DNA from: Selaginella moellendorffii
Lineage: Eukaryota; Plantae; Lycopodiophyta
Direction: 5' to 3'
NCBI RefSeq assembly: GCF_000143415.4
Contig: NW_003314346.1
Span: forward strand, 186,001-250,000
DNA: 64,000 nucleotides
Part shown: piece after piece, positions 63,828-64,000 of the stretch
Position numbering within the stretch: position 1 is the first letter of the stretch
Layout of the letters: each line of letters opens with the position of its first letter
Program-made: the position numbers and the translations under genes
Notes under the pieces: generated by a model
What the model was told of the DNA's origin: nothing
What the model saw: only the letters and a program-made list of their open reading frames with translations
Databases searched by the model: none

Positions 63828-64000
63828 CAATTCAGTAACTTGATAAACATGCAAATACAGAACTTGATGCAAAATCCTTTGATATGTCACAATGCCCTTA
63901 GGACCATAAACACATTTGAATAGAGAGGGTCCTTTCATTTCATAACTTCTTACGTAGATCTTGGTGAAACCAGAGTTAGTGAAGTTAGTGAAGTGAAAAT

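Larger units (their letters stand above)
50492..63984 (-). mobile_element. Sola1-like DNA transposon, copy 3 (second end not in window; hosts the intact chromovirus)
   Basis: TIR at 50492 preceded by ACTA. Collinear with copy 1 except for an extra 51098-52238 segment. Resumes after the LTR insertion at 63269. Confidence 0.85.

Overview
Gene-free, TE-dense land-plant chromatin. TTTAGGG repeats, tRNA-iMet primer sites, a non-seed-plant-type 5S segment and ~50-nt introns suggest a lycophyte, fern or bryophyte (inference). Most of the window (except the decayed AT-rich 7135-13496 and 49891-50491) is nested mobile elements. (B) A Ty3/Gypsy chromovirus: one intact copy (55737-63263, TSD CTATG) and one decayed copy (14089-~49890). 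(A) A non-autonomous LTR partner of B, present as a tandem array, a solo LTR and a deleted copy. (C) Another non-coding LTR element (27002-46720). Three copies of a ~8-9 kb Sola1-like DDD DNA transposon with 24-bp TIRs and 4-bp TSDs. Top finding: the chromovirus integrase is split by two short GT-AG introns (47 and 52 nt), conserved in both copies. Splicing restores the HPQTDGQTER and KLTQRFAGPY motifs, so the unspliced genomic RNA encodes an integrase lacking its catalytic Glu and chromodomain. Second finding: the Sola-like element carries >15 dispersed ~22-bp palindromes, a divergent spliced second gene with a possible ParB-like fragment, internal telomere repeats and, in one copy, a 5S-rRNA internal promoter. 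Other findings are a covarying double-T-loop RNA structure shared by A and B, and a telomere-repeat-filled junction inside a chimeric LTR.
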